Positions 54,160 to 56,152 of a DNA stretch of 56,152 nt are shown piece by piece. Source of the DNA: a virus (taxonomy: Duplodnaviria > Caudoviricetes); the IMG/VR virus record IMGVR_UViG_3300027711_000002, positions 1-56,152 of that record; one strand, written 5' to 3'. The position numbers and the translations under genes were made by a program. The notes under the pieces are model-generated. The model ran no database searches and was not told the DNA's origin. It saw nothing but the letters and a program-made list of their open reading frames with translations. Within the stretch, counting starts at the first letter, position 1, and each line of letters starts with the position of its first letter.

Positions 54160-55916
54160 GTCGTGGTCCGTCCTCTCAGCTTGGCCAGAGCCTCTTCGTG
54201 CCTGGCCACCTCTGCGTCAACGAACCGTGACACCTTGCGCGCGTCGATGGCGTCGCTCACCTGCCCGGCCTTCATGTCCGGAGTGACGTCGATCCCCATC
54301 TTGCGCGCCAGTGCTGCCTGCTTGTCGCTCGGCTTGCGCTTGCGCCACGGTGCGTCCTTGTTGTCCCAGTCTCCCGCCTTGGCCCTGGCGATACGCTCCA
54401 GCTCTTCACGAGCCTGCGCCAGCGAGGGTACGGCGGGGTCCTTGGGAGGCTTGCTGGCGACACCGTCGATGATGACCCGAGCGTGGTAGGTACCCGGCGC
54501 GATGCCCGGTACCAGGAAGTAACCCCGCCCTCCCGCCACGATGAAGGGGTAACCCTTCTTCGAGGTGACCCACCTCACATCAGAGGTGGCGGCGAACAGG
54601 TCGATGTCCTTCCACCCTCCGATGACCAGCAGTTCCTTCTGCATCTCCATCCCGGCCTCAGTCTCGGCCGTGATGGTGGGCTCGGTCTCCTCTTCCTCGT
54701 CCTCCTCTTCGAGGAAGGAGTTCTTGGTCTTCTTGGCCTTGCCCGTCAGGTCCACGATGGACGCCAGCCTGTGCCGGGTGGTCACCCCCGTCACGTCCAG
54801 GATGAGCGCGTCCGTCTTGCCCGTCTCGGGTGCAGGACGAAGCACACGCCCGGCCATCTGGATGTACAGGCCCGGGTTCATCGTCGGCCGGGCCACCACC
54901 AGGCAGCTCACCTTGGGCTCATCGAAGCCCTCGGTCAGCACCATGCAGTTGACCACCACCTGGATCAGCCCGAGGTTCAGCTTGCGCAGGACCTCCCGCC
55001 GCTCCTCGTCAGCCATGTCACCCCAGACCGTGGCGGCCGGGATGCCGGTGTCGTTGAAGGCGTCGGTCATGGCGTGTGCCACTTCGACCGTGGGGCAGAA
55101 GACGATGCCCGGCCGGTCGCTGGCGTACTCCTGGTACGCCTTGGCGATCTCGCTCATGGCGTCGGCGTCCAGCATGAGCTGGGCCAGGCTCTTGGCCGTG
55201 AAGTCTCCGGCCGTCTTCTTCGCCTGGTCCAGGTCCATGCCCGGCACCACGACCTGCTTGGCGTGCGGCTTGACCAGGAAGCCATCGCTGATCATGTCCG
55301 CGATGTCCCGGGTATAGACCACGTCCTCCCAGACCTTGGCCAGGCCACCCTTGTCCCGGGTCATCGTGGCCGTGAACCCTGCCACGGGGATGCCGCCCTC
55401 ATCGAAGCCACCGTAGTGCCGCAGCACCCGCTTGTAGCTCGGAGCAGCAGCGTGGTGTGCCTCGTCCACGATGATGGCCTGGATGCCCTTGATCTGCTCG
55501 GCACGGGGAAGTACCGAACAGCGGGAGCACTGGTTGCAGCGCCCCATGGGGTTGCCGTCCTCGTCCACCTGTTGGTTGCGGCAGGGTCGGCGGTACGACA
55601 TGGTCTGCACACTGGCCACGACCACGTGTGCGTTGTCGTGCTCGTTCCGTCCACCCTTGACGATGCCGACGCGCAGGTGAGGGGACACCTTGCGGATCTT
55701 GTCGGCCGCCTGCTCCAGCAACTCCTCACGATGGGCGAGCACGAGCACACGTGCGATGCGGCGTGTGCGTCGCAGCTCTCGGATCAGGTGGCTGAACACC
55801 ACCGTCTTGCCTGCCCCAGTAGGGAGGACAACGGCGAGACGCTGCCCGCCGTTGTCCCACCCACCGAGCAAGGCGTCGATCGCTGCGCTTTGATACTCAC
55901 GCAACTCGAACGCCAT
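54156..55916 (-). CDS. SF2 DEAD/DEAH-box helicase
   Basis: LREYQ, PTGAGKT, DEAHH, TAT, LTEGFDEP, QMAGR. Confidence 0.95.
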   Translation of the reverse strand: MAFELREYQSAAIDALLGGWDNGGQRLAVVLPTGAGKTVVFSHLIRELRRTRRIARVLVLAHREELLEQAADKIRKVSPHLRVGIVKGGRNEHDNAHVVVASVQTMSYRRPCRNQQVDEDGNPMGRCNQCSRCSVLPRAEQIKGIQAIIVDEAHHAAAPSYKRVLRHYGGFDEGGIPVAGFTATMTRDKGGLAKVWEDVVYTRDIADMISDGFLVKPHAKQVVVPGMDLDQAKKTAGDFTAKSLAQLMLDADAMSEIAKAYQEYASDRPGIVFCPTVEVAHAMTDAFNDTGIPAATVWGDMADEERREVLRKLNLGLIQVVVNCMVLTEGFDEPKVSCLVVARPTMNPGLYIQMAGRVLRPAPETGKTDALILDVTGVTTRHRLASIVDLTGKAKKTKNSFLEEEDEEEETEPTITAETEAGMEMQKELLVIGGWKDIDLFAATSDVRWVTSKKGYPFIVAGGRGYFLVPGIAPGTYHARVIIDGVASKPPKDPAVPSLAQAREELERIARAKAGDWDNKDAPWRKRKPSDKQAALARKMGIDVTPDMKAGQVSDAIDARKVSRFVDAEVARHEEALAKLRGRTTT

Positions 55917-55919
55917 GGG

Positions 55920-56152
55920 TCAGCCCACCACCCGAGCCATCATCCCGGCCATGCGCATCTGCGCCTGCTCGCGGCTCAGGCCGTAGATGTAGGGCTCCTC
56001 CCCGTCCTCGCCGGGCTCCTCGGACTCCTTCTCCGCCACGCGCGCCTCCAGGTACTCCTGGAGTTCCATGCGGGTACCGGTGTACAGGTCGTCCCGCCCC
56101 TTCAGGTCCTCGAAGGGAGACGGGCACGAGCACCCGGCGTCGCTGGCCCAGA
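55920..56152 (-). CDS. 3' part of the junction-spanning hypothetical protein (starts at 266)
   Basis: ...LYTGTRMELQEYLEARV...MMARVVG*, stop at 55920-55922. Confidence 0.8.
   Translation of the reverse strand, partial: WASDAGCSCPSPFEDLKGRDDLYTGTRMELQEYLEARVAEKESEEPGEDGEEPYIYGLSREQAQMRMAGMMARVVG

Noticed and set aside
56026-56152. 127-bp terminal direct repeat as a biological genome end
   Set aside because: The length equals a common assembler k-mer and it falls in mid-gene; treated as a circularisation overlap.

Overview
The window is an apparently complete, circularly assembled high-GC actinobacteriophage genome of about 56,025 bp; nt 1-127 repeat exactly at 56026-56152. It looks like a siphovirus, and no integrase is recognisable. 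The + strand (11.2-43 kb) carries small regulatory genes, a terminase with two inteins, an atypical tRNA-Pro, the virion genes and the lysis genes, with a reverse-oriented glycosyltransferase/methyltransferase cassette inserted after the terminase. The - strand carries the replication module (family A DNA polymerase, primase-helicase, SSB, AAA ATPase, HNH, Cas4-like nuclease, resolvase, SF2 helicase) and many small genes. The standout is the ORF-free region 8.29-9.86 kb. Three tandem sigma70-type promoters share a spacer motif, and each is followed by an rrn boxA-like sequence and a structured RNA. One RNA is a miniaturised copy of the 16S rRNA 5' domain (about h5-h14, h8-h10 deleted) with compensatory base-pair changes. 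A second keeps colinear landmarks of the 16S head domain. This suggests a phage-encoded rRNA-mimic (decoy or sponge) locus. All rRNA comparisons and family assignments are by eye against remembered consensus sequences and need database confirmation.
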